Assembly (NCBI GenBank): GCA_964598005.1
Contig: CAZRAL010000028.1
Location: 1-34,059, forward strand
Reading direction: 5' to 3'
DNA length: 34,059 bases
DNA from: an uncultured Burkholderiales bacterium
GTDB lineage: Bacteria; Pseudomonadota; Gammaproteobacteria; Burkholderiales; Usitatibacteraceae
Under the pieces are notes generated by a model. It did not search any database. It was not told where the DNA came from and saw only the letters and a program-made list of their open reading frames with translations. Below are positions 34,044 through 34,059 of this stretch, piece after piece. The position numbers were made by a program, and so were the translations under genes. Position 1 is the stretch's first letter, and each line of letters opens with the position of its first letter.

Positions 34044-34059
34044 GGCGAGTAAATGGGCT

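Noticed and set aside
1-34059. CRISPR array, integron attC sites, or an ops/JUMPstart (GGCGGTAG) element
   Set aside because: No spacer-repeat periodicity was seen anywhere. The ops octamer was not found by eye on the transcribed strand of the cluster leader regions. An exhaustive pattern search was not possible without tools.

Overview
This window is from a Gram-negative chromosome of about 50% GC, probably proteobacterial. Most of it (3.6-31.9 kb) is one minus-strand surface-polysaccharide locus of O-antigen/capsule type that IS elements are actively breaking up.

Gene order along the minus strand, reading from its 3' end to its 5' end:
- gtrA
- gtrB-like GT2, interrupted by an in-frame TGA
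- a large GT-C membrane glycosyltransferase
- an IS481-family transposase remnant
- a WecA/WbpL-like initiating transferase
- a TviB/WbpO-like UDP-GlcNAc 6-dehydrogenase
- an SDR 4-epimerase
- a UDP-GlcNAc 2-epimerase
- a WbuB-like GT4
- a heparinase II/III-like protein
- a methyltransferase
- a bi-domain (MDR plus Gfo/Idh/MocA) oxidoreductase
- an IS1595-family (IS1016-like) insertion whose transposase carries an in-frame TAG
- a wbuZ/wbuY/wbuX acetamidino-sugar trio (HisF-like, HisH-like, N-acetyl-sugar amidotransferase), with a G9 homopolymer inside wbuY
- a GT4
- a methyltransferase
- an AsnB-like amidotransferase
- a GT4
- a second AsnB-like amidotransferase
- a methyltransferase
- Wzx
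- an AT-rich Wzy-like polymerase.

The 3' end of the window holds two IS3-family elements. One is complete, with perfect 25-bp inverted repeats, but its orfB is decayed. The other has orfA and orfB fused in one frame by an internal deletion. Between them sits an internal fragment of a Gfo/Idh/MocA oxidoreductase gene, and one of them supplies the start codon of the Wzy-like gene.

The 5' 3.5 kb contains:
- a candidate small RNA with a consensus sigma70 promoter and an intrinsic terminator
- a DUF1266-like gene and a 71-aa ORF that share a conserved leader of about 90 nt
- a tandem array of four tRNA-like sequences (a His-GTG-like one plus three with clear non-canonical features)
- an SPFH/band-7 gene.

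No CRISPR array was seen.
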